From: Daphnia carinata | Lineage: Eukaryota | Reading direction: 5' to 3' | NCBI RefSeq assembly: GCF_022539665.2 | Contig: NC_081333.1 | Location: 3,348,001 to 3,412,000 of the forward strand | Length of the DNA: 64,000 nt | Part shown: positions 23,102 through 37,318 of the stretch, piece by piece | How the letters are laid out: every line of letters starts with the position of its first letter | Position numbering within the stretch: position 1 is the first letter of the stretch | Program-made: the position numbers and the translations under genes | Notes under the pieces: model-generated | What the model saw: the letters and a program-made list of their open reading frames with translations, nothing else | Database searches by the model: none | What the model was told of the DNA's origin: nothing

Positions 23102-24071
23102 ATGGGTCGGTACTCACGTGAACCAGACAACCCGACCAAGTCTTGCAAGGCTAGGGGCTCCAACCTCCGCGTCCATTTCAAGGTATTATATGGTTAGTTC
23201 TATCTCATTGAAAATTTGTGTTATACAAAAATCGTTATTGGTTGAGTAGAACACGAGGGAAGCCGCTAACACCATCAAGCGTATGCCTTTGAGGAGAGCG
23301 ATTGCCTTCCTCAAGAATGTCATCCAGCATAAGGAATGTGTCCCATTCCGTCGTTACAATGGAGGTGTTGGCCGGTGCGCACAGGTTTGTAATTTTTTAT
23401 ATTTATTAAGTACCTCGATTGTGTGATGAAGCTTTAAAGCATTCTAGACAATTTGCTGACAGATTGCAATGTTTCAAGACGGATCTGACTCGAAAGTTTT
23501 GTTATTTTCATGCTATAATAGAATGAGTATTAATCTCAACTACCTACCTTTCAGGCCAAACAATGGGGTACTACCCAGGGACGTTGGCCCAAGAAGTCTG
23601 CTGAATTTCTGTTGCAGTTGTTGAAGAATGCAGAGTCCAATGCTGATCTTAAGGGTCTCGATGTTGATCACTTGGTCATTGACCACATTCAGGTAAAATT
23701 AAGTTATTTTCCTAGAGAACAAACTGTTGTAGTATGATTATAACACCTTCGCATTCTAGACAACTAGCTGACAGATTGCAATGTTTCAAGACGGATCTGA
23801 CTAAAACTTAATTATTTAACTGAAAGAATGTAAAAGGATTTTGCTAAATGGCTCTTTGTTGTATCTACAGATCAACCGAGCCCCCTACATGCGCCGAAGA
23901 ACCTACCGCGCTCACGGAAGAATCAACCCATACATGAGCAGCCCTTGCCATTTGGAAGTTATCCTGTCTGAAAAGGAGGATGTCGTTTCCAAAGTCAAGG
24001 ATGATGAGCCCTCCAAGAAGAAGGTTTCCAAAAAGAAGTTGGCTCGCCAAAAGCTGTCCCAGAGGGAATAA
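23102..24071 (+). CDS. RPL17: 60S ribosomal protein L17 (uL22)
   Basis: [55 protein letters not shown] and [20 protein letters not shown]; 4 coding exons. Confidence 0.98.
23415..23494 (+). ncRNA. Box C/D snoRNA, SNORD21/U21-like guide (copy 1)
   Basis: Intronic. Box C GTGATGA at 23423-29, internal CTGA (D'), guide TGTTTCAAGACGG complementary to the conserved 28S CCGUCUUGAAACA, and box D CTGA at 23485-88. Confidence 0.85.
23730..23803 (+). ncRNA. Box C/D snoRNA, SNORD21/U21-like guide (copy 2)
   Basis: Near-identical to copy 1, in the next intron. Box C variant ATGATTA at 23734-40, same guide, box D CTGA at 23797-800. Confidence 0.8.
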
Positions 24072-24212
24072 ATTTTTCCCTGTATGCGCTTTTGTTAACC
24101 CTTTGTGTTACCTGAAATACAACGCTGGTGACATTCGATCTCAATTTTCAGATTATTTTCGAGGATATTTATTGCGATAGACAACAAATTCTTAAAATAC
24201 TTCGCTCAGAAT

Positions 24213-27200
24213 TTAATTAAAGGTCATCTTCTCATGTTGGATGTACTTGTAGGAAGCCTGAAAGAGAACTAATAATTAGTTATGAAATAAATAATTATAA
24301 CTGAAATTTACCTCCAGTGTAGTAAACATCACATCAAGCTCGCCGTTTTGTACATGCTTGTCGATGAAGTCTTCAATTAAATGAATTTCAGTGCCAAGGT
24401 GACGAATTCTCGAACGAACAACAACGAAGAGAAATACCGGGAAAAGATCATCCATATTCATGACATAATCAGCCCCCAACTGTGCTTGTACTGTTCGGCT
24501 AACTTCTTGGAATGTTTGATGAATCACACGAAGCTTCTGGCCAGGAGAAAAGGTCGTACTTAATTGTTGTAGGCAATCAATAGCTGTTGGGAAATGACTG
24601 CCATCAGGGGTAATCTCTTCAATAAAAAATTTTTGATCGACTCCCAGAAAATTCATCAACGCCGAATCTGATTGTCGATTCCATTTTTGCAGTCGTTCCC
24701 AATAAAGATCATCCAGCTTTTGATTGTGAAGCACGTAGAGAGTATAGAGTGGTGGGTAAAGTCGAGGCAAAAGAACGGGCAAAAGTAGAGTATTGGCTGA
24801 AACAACGGCCTGTAATTCTTGACATCCACTGGACGGTTCTAACATGAAAAATGTTTCCATCTATATATCAGTAAAAACATTATACGTTTATAAAATATTT
24901 CCTATTACCATTTGGAATTAGATAGACAGTTCGATCCTCTGGAAGAGCTGGAAATAGCAGACGAACAAATGCATACAGACGGCTAACGAAAGAGTGAACT
25001 TCGGCAACAGCATGAGGTAGAAGTCGGGGGTGGGCACCCACTCCGACATAAGTAGCTCGATAGACATCCCCTATATGGGCAGCCAATTTCCCTAATGGAT
25101 GGATCTCCGATTCTAAAGCCTGTCGTACAAAACTTTAGAATGATATAATACACTACAAATGCGTAAAGAATAGTCAAATCGTACCATATGTAAATAAGCT
25201 TCAATTTTTATAAATTCATCGCCATTGAGCTGGTTTCGACCGTAGTCTGGGATATGTTGAAGTATTTCAGGGATTTCCATATTAACTGGCTGAGTTGATG
25301 TTAACCGTTCCGACTTGACTGATTTTGACGAAACAGATGATCCCTGACGACGGTGATGGTGTGTCTTGGGCCGGAGTTGATGGTCGTTGGTCGTTCTTTG
25401 TTTCGACTGATTAAGCACAGCGGCAATTTGGTCCCAAGCCCGAAGTGAATCATCGGCTGTCCATTGAGCGCAGTTCGGAGAAAGACCGAGAGTTAAACAG
25501 CACTGATGAAAGATTGCTCCCCATTTCCGTTCGGCTGGAACACCAGAACCGTTTTGTTGCTGCAGGTGGGACATAGATACACCAGTAGGAGGCCCCAATG
25601 GTGATTGTGCGGATAAGGAAGCTTTGGTCAGGGTAGCGTTGATTTTAATGCCGTCAGACCAAGAGCCGTGGAATGTACCCTGAATGATATCACCATTTGG
25701 AAATTGGAGGAGTCCTTTTCCACCAAGAATACCTACACCAGCCACTTCTCCTTCGTAGCTGGTCCCGTCTTCCAGCAACATGACACATTGGCCGGTCATT
25801 TTGTTGTTAGTAAAGCTGCCTTCAATGTAGAGGCCATCTAGCGTAACTAGAACAGCTTGCCCATGCCTCGCATCTGCTAGCCACATGCCCATATATTTTT
25901 CCCCTGAAACGGACATGTACAGTTTAGCCAACGCTCAAATACGGTGATTCACTTTTCTATACTCACCAGTGACTATGTCATCCATTACACCGTATCCGTT
26001 TTTTTGGCCAGATTCCCATTGCCCAACATAGACATGAGCCGCAGACGTGAGAAAATGACCCCGTTTTAGCGTGCCGTGCCCGTGTGGCTGGCCGTCTTGA
26101 AAATTTCCTTCATAAACGTCCCCGTTAGCGTACCTGATATTTAAACTGGAAGTTAAATCCAAAGCTCAACGAAAATTACAAAAATTACACAATACTTAAG
26201 AATGCCGTATCCGTTCATCTTGCCGTCCTTCCAGCTACCTTCATAGGTAGTCCCATTGGGGCCAACCGACTCCGAAGAACCATAGCCGAATTGTTGGTTT
26301 TGCCGGAAGCTTCCTCGGTAAACACGGCCGTCGGGCCAATGCAATTCTCCTTCTCCATGCATTTTCCCACACAGCCACGCTCCTGTAAATAGAAAAGTTT
26401 ATACAACAACAATGCAGCAGTCGTGTGTTCAAAACTCTACCTTTATAGGTCACATCTTTCAGATGGGGCAATTTTGTAAAAGTATAAGATGCAGAGCGTA
26501 CAAGCGGAGGTGTTGTTCGCCCGTTTCTATTGGATTCTACAACATCAATTAAGAGAGCTTGCCTAATGGCAGACTGTAGAGCTTCTAGCCATTCTATCTT
26601 GTCAGATGAAGTTGAACAGGTTAGCGTCATCGACTCTTCCGGCATCGTCAAAGAAAGCCCATTCTTAAATAGAAAGGGAAGTTAATGAAATATATAACTA
26701 CAATCATTGCTAGCAGCTAAGATTTATTCCAATGTAGTACCTTAATTTGGGTATTTTCGGACTCTTGCATCGGTTCAACCCAAATAGTGGCCAATGGATA
26801 GGTAACATGACTGGAAGAACCGCTGACATGGACCAACACGTCAGTTAAGATAATGAACCAATGAGATGAAAAACGGCCTGAATTGACGAGACTAATAGGG
26901 TGAGATCGAGATTCGCGGATCAGACGGCGGACTGGGGTTCTCAGGGTGTCTACGACAAGTTAAAAGTAAAAGAAAAAAATAAAGGTAACACAAAATTATT
27001 ACTTTACTTAGAAATACATACCAGTAAGTTTAGCGGAACAGCTATCCCAAAAAGCCTTTGTAAGATCAGCGGTCCGGCATTCTTGCATCAAAGTAGCAGC
27101 CATATCAAGACATCGTTGACTAGCATATTTGTAACGATTAATATTCTTATCATTTCGTTGATGATGACTTTCAATCAGGTTCTCCAGATGACTTGAATAC

Positions 27201-29511
27201 TCTTTGAGTCGACCAAACGGTTCGTTCATTAACGTTGCAAAATTATCACTACCTGGCCGACGCACACCTCCCTGAGGAAAAAATTCGGGATCCAAAAGTG
27301 CATTTTCGCTCTTGCTGAGTACAAGACCATGGACTACTGTGGCATTACATAGTGCCTGGCCATAACAATGCCACACGTGCATATATTCGTTAATCCAACG
27401 AACGATGCCAATACTCAGGTTGGCACAGTCGTCCGTCTCGATCAACGAGTGAACATTGACGGCAGTGCAGGCCATTAGGTCACGATAGCGATCAAACAAC
27501 TCACGACGAATAGCTGCATTAGTTGTTGACGATTCCAACTGATCCAAGATGCCCCGCACAACTTTCAGGCAATTGCGCAAAAAAAGCTGTTCAGATAAAA
27601 CAAACTCTGACCAATGTGACCAACAGCGGCAGCTCTGATTGCACAACAAACAACAGCTAAGAGGACCGGTTGCCCATACTCGACTTGGTCTACCGGTGGG
27701 GCTTTGGGCAGGTAGGTTCAGCCTCATTATCGTTGATTTTTGAGTAGCCATAGAAAAGCCCATAAAAAGAACTTCACCGTGACTCGTCAATAACAACGTG
27801 TGTTCTCTGTCATAATAATAAATAAAAATAGTGTATAAATAATAAAGGTACTTTCAATTTACAATTTTTAAATTTACCTCCCGGCAGCGATATCTCGGAT
27901 AGTGGTATGGAAAGGTAGCGATACTTCAGTGGGAATTGACATGAACGAAAGATCTTCACCAGGTTCCACCTGCCCTTTATTATTGGCTCCCCATGCCAGT
28001 ACACGTCCATCCAACGTGAGGGCCAGTGAGTGCCGCGATCCGCATGCCACTTTGCAAACTCCAATACCACATAAATGTCGAACGGATGTCGGCGTTTCGC
28101 GAGAGACGCAATCAGACGATCCAAGTTGACCTACTCCTCCTTGACCCCAAGCCCAAACAGATGTATGAAGTAGCTGCCGACCTAATGAAACGAGTCGTTC
28201 CGGTTGAAGCCCCGTCATTTTCTCTCGGTCAGTTACTCGGAGTAATGTAGAATCAAGCGATAAACTTGAAGATCCATTGCGTTTCCAACGATGATGACTT
28301 TGGAGTGACTGTCGAACAATAAACCGCGGTGTGGCTGGTGCTGCAGGTGAATCCTCACCGCTGCTACTGCTGGGCAATTCAGCTGGGAGACTACTCGTTT
28401 CCGTTGTGGCAGAAACCTCAAGAGGAGTTGCTGCAACTTGTAACGCTACTTCCTCTTGGCTGGTTCCACTCCAATGCCGTGACATGCGGTTGACAACGGC
28501 ATCGCCCAAGTTACGGACACCTTCCACGACTCGGCTTGCCACCTGTTGAGTCACATTATTTCCACAATCTAGCGTCGCTGATGCAGCTAAACTATTGTTG
28601 CAATCATCTGCTTCGAAACCAGTAACCCAAGACAACTGCTTAGTTAAAAATTGCTTTGCCGCACCGAGTTGGGGTGTTGAATTGAGCAACAAGGCGCTTT
28701 GGCGGACTAAATGATCTGCCTTAGACCAACAAACTTGGGCAAGAGAGTTCATGTTGTCCTTGAAATCTTCTTGATTATTTCTTTGTGATGCATTGAGATC
28801 CAGCGAATGAATTGAAAGTAGACTATGTTCCCTGCATTCAAGGCAGGAACCAACTGCACACAACCCATCAAAAGGGCCACTTTTAGAAACATTTGCTCCA
28901 TCCAGAGAATCCCAGTTGTTTTTGATTGATGTGTTGGACTTACCAATACTATCACTATAGTTTTCATCTTGAACAAGAGCTACACTAAAGTTGGTGCCAC
29001 ACATAATACTGATGGGTACTTTGTTCTCGAAGGCTGGCAGCTTCTCTGGGAGCAGGGATTTGGTTTCATCAACAGCCCAAACTTTACCAGAATCTGAGAT
29101 AAATAAAAGGTTCTTCGAGTGAGACGCTACTTCTCTTACAAAGAGTCTTCCTCCATCTTCCACAACACCGTGGGGACAGCAGAGGTTGGGTTGTTTGATA
29201 GCCAATTCCTCAACTTTTTCAGGTGTTTCCAGTTCGGATCTTAGAACTCTGCCCCGATCAGTCACAAAAATAGTATGCAATGAGTTGCATGCTATACCAA
29301 CCACAGTCTGGCATGGCAGTGCCAATTCTTGCAATTTTCCGCTAAGTCCGTCTTGCTTGAGGGTCGACAGGTAGACACGGCCGTCTTCTGTCAGAAAGAA
29401 CACCTGACCGAGTCTACTTGATACAACGGCGGTCATCGCCTGCTCCGGTGCAAGAAGTGCTGCAGCTGGCTCGCCCTCTTCCCAGGCTATCACATTAGCA
29501 GATTCATTCAT
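24213..29511 (-). CDS. ALS2: Alsin (RCC1 repeats, DH/PH, MORN repeats, VPS9 Rab5-GEF)
   Basis: RCC1 motifs (VWAWGQGGVGQLG, VACGSRHSLAL), MORN repeats (YEGSWKDGKMNGYG) and VPS9 (MDDLFPVFLFVVVRSRI), in the alsin domain order. Confidence 0.93.
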
Positions 29512-29644
29512 TTTTGTTTCTTTGGTGAATCACAACCACCCAGAAGAAACTTACACCTTCGCACCCCACAAAAACCAGGCTCCAAAGACAGCGATCATAA
29601 CATCCCTTTTAATCAGCTGTGTTTGATAAAAACGGGCTGCCATC

Positions 29645-29652
29645 TATCGATA
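29645..29652. promoter_or_regulatory. DRE element TATCGATA upstream of ALS2
   Basis: Exact palindromic DRE consensus ~135 bp upstream of the ALS2 ATG. Confidence 0.4.
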
Positions 29653-30568
29653 AGATTTTCAATCTTCTTTGTTTCTTCACTGATAAGCATAAACACCATA
29701 GGAGAGTAAGGGAGGATTTATATAATTTCCCTACTACAGTTGTCTATTTTCTTAAGCGGAATCGCATTCTTAAAGCTATGAACGGACAAGAATGACCGCA
29801 AATAGAAACAAGTATTAAAGTAATATTTCTCTCTATAATGTCTATAGTGAAGCTAAAACAGGAACACACAACGTTAAGATATTCTACGGCAATGGATATT
29901 CCGAGGGATAGACACAGTATTTTCCATGAATAGATCAACGAGTTGGGTTTTGGTTTCGGTAACTGTGGTGTCCACACAAATTTTTTCATTCAACAATCAA
30001 TATTTGTTGGTTATTTTTCATGCATTTAAACTAAAATAAATCAAGTGGGAATTGAAAGTTCTTTGACTCTGGAGATAGTACAGTTGTCGAAAGGAAAAAA
30101 AAATTAAAAGAAAATTCGGAGTTGTACAAAGATTGACTTAACGTGTTGTAAGATAGAGATATGACGCGGATAGAACCACCTATCGCAGCAGTCCAACGAG
30201 AGACAACACACAAGTTAAGGGTTAAATTAAAATGAATAGACAGGAGATTTTTTTAAAAGATTTACAATACCAACAAATCTGAATTGCAAATTACTTTGGT
30301 TTCCTTTGTGTTGCTACGTATCACTGGCATTGGTACCAGCTGACGAGTGATTGCAAATGGAAAGGGAACGTGTGAACACATGGAAACACGAAGACAAAAC
30401 GTGCACGACAACCTTCATCTTTCCTTTTCTTTCTTCTCAAAAACACACCAACAATCCAATCGTACTTTCCTTGACGCTCGTTAGCGGAGTCGATAACTTT
30501 CAAACACGATAAACTCTTATGTTAAACAAAAAACGAAGAGAAAGGGAGGAGATGAAACGGCAAAACTT

Positions 30569-33500
30569 TTAACACGAGGTGCAGTGCTGAGTGACATTGT
30601 GCACGACGGCAAGGGGTGTGGAACATTCGGTCGAAGAAGAACAAGTGACGGACGAAAGTTTGGCCGGAGTTGGCGAGAGTGTTGGTCCGTTCATGTTGAC
30701 ATCGCTGGGGTTCATACCAACGATTCCACCTTTGCGACCAAATCGCTTCCAGATCTCGTACTGACAATGCGACGCTTCAACCAAGATACGTTCCTTAACC
30801 AAACAGCCCAGGGAACGGGCTTTGTACAGGCGACTTCGCAGAAAACTCATCGTTTTGCCTCGCCCAGCCTCTGCGGCTTCATCTGGATCAGGGGCTCCTG
30901 CCGGTTTACACTCAGCATCCATTGTATCGTCTTCACCACTGCTTCGACCGCGGCTTTTCCATCCAGGCGGACGTTTATCTGATCTCTAAAATATTAAACT
31001 GTTAGAATGAATTTCACTATAATACGTACAACGATTTACTTTGAATGATGAATTTGTCCCTTCTCGACGTGAAAAGAGTTGTCTAAGCCGTTTATGTTTC
31101 TTCCCACCGGTTGGAGTAGTGCAACTGCAACTGCAGCCCGTCAATGGGGGCTCCGGCTCCGTATCCATGACCACATCATCTTGGATGATGACTGTCTCTC
31201 GAGAACCTTTCTCGGAGGGAGGATGACTAGCTGGCAAAGGCGACGGAGGTAAAACGAGCACCATTTCCGGGGATCCGTCTAGAGAAACAATTTCTTCAAT
31301 CTTTTCCAAATTTCCACAGCTTTTTGCCGGTATGCGGGCCATAGAAGATGGAGATGGAGGAATTTCCAACATGTTTGTCGTGCTGCGCGGGCTTTCAGGT
31401 GTTTCACAGACTTCAGTTAAACAAGTGAGAGATTGCGACACACGTAGGTGAGTTTCGCTTCCAAGCCCAGGGCTCAAAAGCGAGAAACTGGCATTTGTAT
31501 ATCTCCGCCCATGTGAGCTACCCACAACGCGATATCGCGATCTGGGATTGCGCTGGTCAACGGCATCAGACGCTTGCAGGTGACGTCGTCCTCCAGTAGA
31601 GCCACTACTATGGTGACCGCTATCCGAGCCCTTGGGTGCTTGGGAGCTAGACCCAGCCTGATTATAACTATCCATGGAACTTGTACCCCCACCTAAAAAT
31701 AAACATAAAATTTTATGGAGCCATTCAAAAGCAACAACAACAATGAAATCGACATTACCTCCTGATATCCCAGCACCATCATTACCGCCTCCAGGACCAT
31801 CACAACCTGGGTCACTGGAATCATCGTGCGAGTCTCTCCTAGGTGGAAGTGATTTAATTTTCTCGGCCCTCTTCTTCCGCCCTTCGTTATCGTCATCACT
31901 GGCATCCGAAGACGAACACGACGCTGTTCTAGCTTTTGCTAATTGGCGCCTTTGCTCGTACCGCCTAACCAAACTGGGTGGTGATGTTGATGAGCGTGCA
32001 CTAGGGCCGGCTGACGTAGCCCGTCCAGATTGAGAAGGACGATGTCTATGGCCATTTATAGTTGTTCTGATTCTCAAGCCAGGTGACTTGGCCGACGTTA
32101 CTGTTGACTCTCCCCTGCTAGTTGATTCGCTGTCACTGCAACTCTCGGCCTCCTCAAAGATTTCATTGAGGATCAGCTGTGGGGAACTGCGCACTGAATG
32201 CAAAACGCGGTTTGGAGATGGCAAGGTCGAACGGGTCTTGCTGTTGACAGTCGGTGACATAACGTTCGGAGAAGATGCAGGCGAAGAAACGGTTGTCGAT
32301 GGCGACGTCGGAGAAATGGAGGCTGGAGTTGCCCGTCCTGATGCCAAAATGCCAGCCCTTTGACACGTGACTGGCGACGTTAAGGGCGAGGTTCGCGGAC
32401 TCCGTAGACCCAAGCCAATATTAGAGGTAGTGGGGAATGGCGCAGGTACTTCCATATATTGATCGATACTTTTTTGCGTTTCCAGTGGTTTCGTGCTAAT
32501 GGCTGCTAACTTTGAAACCGGGACTTGTGGGGTGATTTTGTCCGCAAAATCCAAGCGTAATTCAGATGAACGTGCGGGTCCTTTATTGACTGATTGAATA
32601 GCGGATACGTTAGTCAACAACCCACGAGCTCTCAAGCTACCGGCCAAGGAATTGTTGGACGCCCTTTGACTGGCCAAAGACGTATTTGATGTTCTCTGGC
32701 TCGCCAACGAATTGCTGGATGATCTACGAAACGAATGTTTATTTTTACTATTTTTTCTTGATAAAAAAAAAAATAATATGAAAGGAATGTTGTTTGGGTT
32801 ATACCTCTGGCTTCGTCGGCTAGATTCACTTCCGCTACCTCCTGTGGCTTCATCCTCTTCTGCAACGTCACTGTATTTACGCGGACGACCAACACTAGAC
32901 GTTTGCATCGCTTCCATTGCTGTTCTGGGAAAAACTGGTATCGTCTTGAACGGAAGCTTTTCATCCGGTATTGGTATTAGCTCCTATGAATGAGGCTTAT
33001 AATAATATCGAATCAAAAACACAGACAATAAATCCACCTGTACCTTCGGAACGGGGGGTTCTGGTTCTGAAGGTGGAGGGGCTAGAGCAGGTTGCCCCCG
33101 ACTGATCATTTGTGCTTGCTCTTGCCGCTGCGCTCGTAGTTTACGTTCGGCCAAGAGGAAATACGTGGCAGTAATATTGTTGTACTCGTCTTTGTCCAGC
33201 GCATCCAAGATTTCCTCCTTGGTAGCGATGTTACCGTTGACCATTTTTTGCAAAATAATGGCGTGGTCCTCTTCTGTTAGGTGTTCGCGTGACACCAATG
33301 GCAAGTAATGAGAGGGTGGCAAAGCCGCTGCACCATCTTGCAACCATGTATCACTTGCGATTTCTTCAAGAGTAGCGCGGTTAGCTGGATCACGTTGGAG
33401 CATCCGGCCTATTAGTCTACGACAGCCTTCAGATACATGGGGTGGTACCGTGTACTTGCAATCCATAATCATTGTCAACGTCTCGCTATCGTTAGCCTCC

Positions 33501-34634
33501 TATACCAAATATGAAAGTTATAAACTAATAATCTTGAATCTTTGCTTCTTCTATTACCTGGAAAGGTGGATGGCCACAGACTAACATGTAAAGAATGACG
33601 CCTAACGACCAAATATCAACAGCTGGAGCATCGTAAGAGTCGCCTAACAAGATCTCGGGTGCGGAATAAGCCAACGATCCGCAAGACGTCTCTAACTTTT
33701 GGCCAGGATTGTACTTGTTGGAAAACCCGAAATCAGTCAGTTTGACCATGCCCAACTTCTCGAAAAAGACCACATTCTCTGGTTTGAGGTCCCGATGGAC
33801 CACGTGGAGTTGATGACAGTATGATATAGCGTGCACCACCTGCATAGAAAGTAATGGGTAAATTATGTTTTCTCACTCTTTCTCATTCCACCTATGGAAG
33901 GATACATCAATCAAGGCTGTAAATAGACCGCCCTGCAAGTGCTTAACTCCCTAGACATTCCAGACGCGTTGCCAAATTATTTATAGCGTAATCGAATGGC
34001 GCCAGAGCAGGGAAAGAGAATAGATATTAATAGAAATACGTCTCCCCCCCTACCATGTAACAATCCAAAGAGGATCGTAACACGCTTATCGTCTTGGTCA
34101 GACAAATTGTCAAATAGGCGAATACCTGTCTGAAGTAATGCCGGGCCGATTCTTGATCGAGGCCATTCTCGTGCCGCATGATGTAATCGTAGAGATCGCC
34201 TCCATCTCCCAATTCCAGAATCAGATAAAGTTTGGTTTGAGTATCGATGACCTCGTAAAGACGAACAACGTTGGGATGCTGGACCAGCTTCATGCAGCGC
34301 ACTTCTTGGAATAGATGCGCTCGCGACACTTCGTCCAACTTGGTCTTATCGATCACTTTGACGGCCACTTTTTCTCCAGTAAAAACGTGTCGTGCCAATT
34401 TGACCACGGCAAAATGCCCCCGACCTTTTAGTAAAACAAAGGTGATAACTTGCGTAAACCGATTAAAGAAAACTGCATAACTAACTAACCAAGGGTTTCC
34501 TCCAAGTCATAGAGTCCGGCAATTTTGCCATCGTAGCTTACATTGGACAAATGAAAGCCAAAATTATTACGTTGACCACGACCAGCTGAAGCTCGTCCTG
34601 ATCCGACACGCGTGAGTCCTGCTGTTTTTTGCAT
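30569..34634 (-). CDS. SNRK: SNF-related serine/threonine kinase
   Basis: [68 protein letters not shown]-like [14 protein letters not shown], and a long Ser-rich tail with [12 protein letters not shown]. The start ATG is tentative. Confidence 0.93.
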
Positions 34635-36368
34635 TAGGTTTCCGTGTCGTCTTTTGACGACTGACTGCAATAATGTATTAATTTAACTATACAGATTTCC
34701 TCTTTTTTTTTAACACCAAGAAGAATTTGTATCTTGTCACCTTCTTCAGGTCAGCTCAAATAAAAGAGATGGAGGCAGCGCCTGCGAGATTTTACTCGCT
34801 CAGCACATCAGATAACATTTTCTTTCTTCGTCACTGGTTCTATTTTGATCCTATGAAAACGCGGAGGGTGAAACTAGATGATAATCTGCAAAAGAAAAGG
34901 AAGTCGTTCAATCCATTCACCCCTAGTAAAAAAAGGTTCCCCCCCCCCACAACTTAGCTAAGTGGATGATATTGTACCCTCTCTTCCATGAATCAAAGAG
35001 TGAAAAACGCCCCTCTCCTTCTACATTTCTATCTCTCCTACATTAATGGTCAAATGTCTGACATAATTAAGCCATGCCAAAAGACATGAACGCACTTACG
35101 GCATTTTCGCAGAGGTTGCCAATACCTTGTGGATAATAAATTTCACACTGGTCTTCTTTCACTGTAGTTCATACATCACTTTCACACAAACATCATTCTT
35201 TAACAGTATGCAGTTTTATCCCCATCCTACTATGACAGGAAACAGGTCTTGAAAAACTGTACCAAAAACACTAGCTTCTACTGTAAACAGCTTCGCCTAT
35301 TAATAGCAGACAGGATAAGTGTATGAGCTGTGCTTTTCAATGAAAAGGCTGTCAGAACAAAGTAGACCAAAATTTACTTAAAGAAAAAGCTATTCTCTTC
35401 AACCTTTTTAACGTAGAAGAAAAAAGAAAACCTTTCGCTTTCAGTTCACAATTCAGCTATCTGCCCTGCCAAGTAAAAAAACAACAAATCATCTCTTTGC
35501 TAAGCAAAGTCTTGCAAATTACAATTTCCAATTTCCCAGCATCTCCAGTAATGTTACCAGAAAAATAGATGTCCACACCTTAGCAGATTGCTTGATAAAC
35601 TGTCATTGATGACAATTTAGAAAATGAATGGAATCCTTCTACCTGATTAATAAATCTTATACCTCTTTCCTGCTTTTCATGTGCATTTTAAACATTTAAG
35701 AACTGAAAATCAGTTGTCTATATCAGAGTGTAACCAAAATCTTTTACTTACCCGAAATTATAGCGAACGAAACCAATCAGATTAAAAACACAACACAGCA
35801 AAACGACCTTCACTATGTAACTAAAGAAATTGGCCTTTTGCAACATTGCCAGTTCTTTATAAAAACAAATGAAGACCCATCTTTTTTCTCTTCGTCTCTT
35901 AGAAACTCTCGCTCACATTTTTCAAATTTTCCAAAAATATCACAATACATTTTTCTAAAAAGAATAAATCATAATGATTTATTTAAAAGGATAACCAGTT
36001 GTTGTAAAGTATGTTATGGAACACAAAAATGACATTATATCTAGTAATTCAGTAAACAAAAAAAAATTATATCCGTGTCTCCGCCACTCTCAAGACTCTG
36101 GCACTCCAGCACGTCCAGCAGTAGACAGTCACTTTCGTTTGCCTTTTTGGGGTTTTGCATGTAATTTATCTCCTTCAGTTTTTAACCAGAATAGTGAAGA
36201 TTGGTTCAAGGTACGCCCTATTTGATACCTCAAGGAAAATTGCTTTCTTATTTGCACTCGATTTCCTTTTCGCCAATCAAACGGGGTTTAATAATATATG
36301 TCTTCGGTCAAAGTTGGTTTCCCATTATGTTATTCCAGAATTATTTTTTTTTTCGTCTTTTTTTTTAG

Positions 36369-36879
36369 ATGGCGGACGATGAACTGCAAGCAATCAGGGC
36401 ACAGAGGATGGCCGCAATGCGTCAACAGCAACAACAGAACCACGGAGATCCGAATCAAGTATATTGGCTTGCGTTTTTAAATGAACAAGTTTTGTATTTC
36501 GTTGTCCTGTAGGCTGCCCAGAAACAAGAAGATGAAAGAAAGCAACAAGAGGATATGAAAAATAGCATCTTGTCACAAGTTCTTAATCAGCCTGCTAGAG
36601 CACGATGTAAGAAAAGTCTTTCCGATACAGCTTCTTGTTATTGTGGAAAGTTTTACTTCTTATGCATGTATTCTATCAGTGAACACTATTAGACTTGCTA
36701 AACCAGAAAAGGCAGCCATGGTGGAAAACTTGCTTGTTAATATGGCAAGACGAGGACAGATTGGAGGCCAGTTGGGGGAAACTGAACTTAAAGGTTTGCT
36801 GGAACAAGTAAGTCAGCAAACCAAACAAGAAACGACCGTCAAATTTGACCGGCGGCGAGCTGCGCTCGACGATGATTGA
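36369..36879 (+). CDS. PDCD5: Programmed cell death protein 5
   Basis: MADDELQAIRAQRMA, MKNSILSQVLNQPARAR, LAKPEKAAMVEN and TVKFDRRRAALDDD; 3 coding exons. Confidence 0.95.
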
Positions 36880-37318
36880 ATGAAAATACGAATTGGTTCT
36901 CTAGACCTTTTGGTTCTGTACATACTTTCCTTTTTGATGATTTGCTGAAAAAGTCTGAAATACACAGTCTTAAGCTTCTTCCAAATAAGTAGTTGCCTTC
37001 ATTGTTAAATCCAAGGCAAAAAAACAAAAACAGTGTTTGAAATGTAAAGCATAATTTATCAATCCTCTGGAAAATTCAAACTGGAAAATACAAAGCCATC
37101 ACATAAAGTTAGTTGTACAAATACAGAGGTATTTAAAGTAAGTGAAAACAAAAACGGACAAGCCGCTCTCATTCCGCCAAATTACGGATCACAGAAGTCA
37201 CGTAGTTTGCATTGAAGTACGAATATATCAAAGTTTTTGTTATGGTGGCGCAACTGGGTAAACAGCTAAACCTCGATTTGCTCAGCACCGTTGTTTCCTA
37301 ATATTACTAAAGATAAAA

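Noticed and set aside
33895..33905. U12-type donor-like GTATCCTT inside an SNRK intron (minus strand)
   Set aside because: It is not at an exon boundary and there is no TCCTTAAC branch site near the acceptor. The intron has an ordinary U2 donor.
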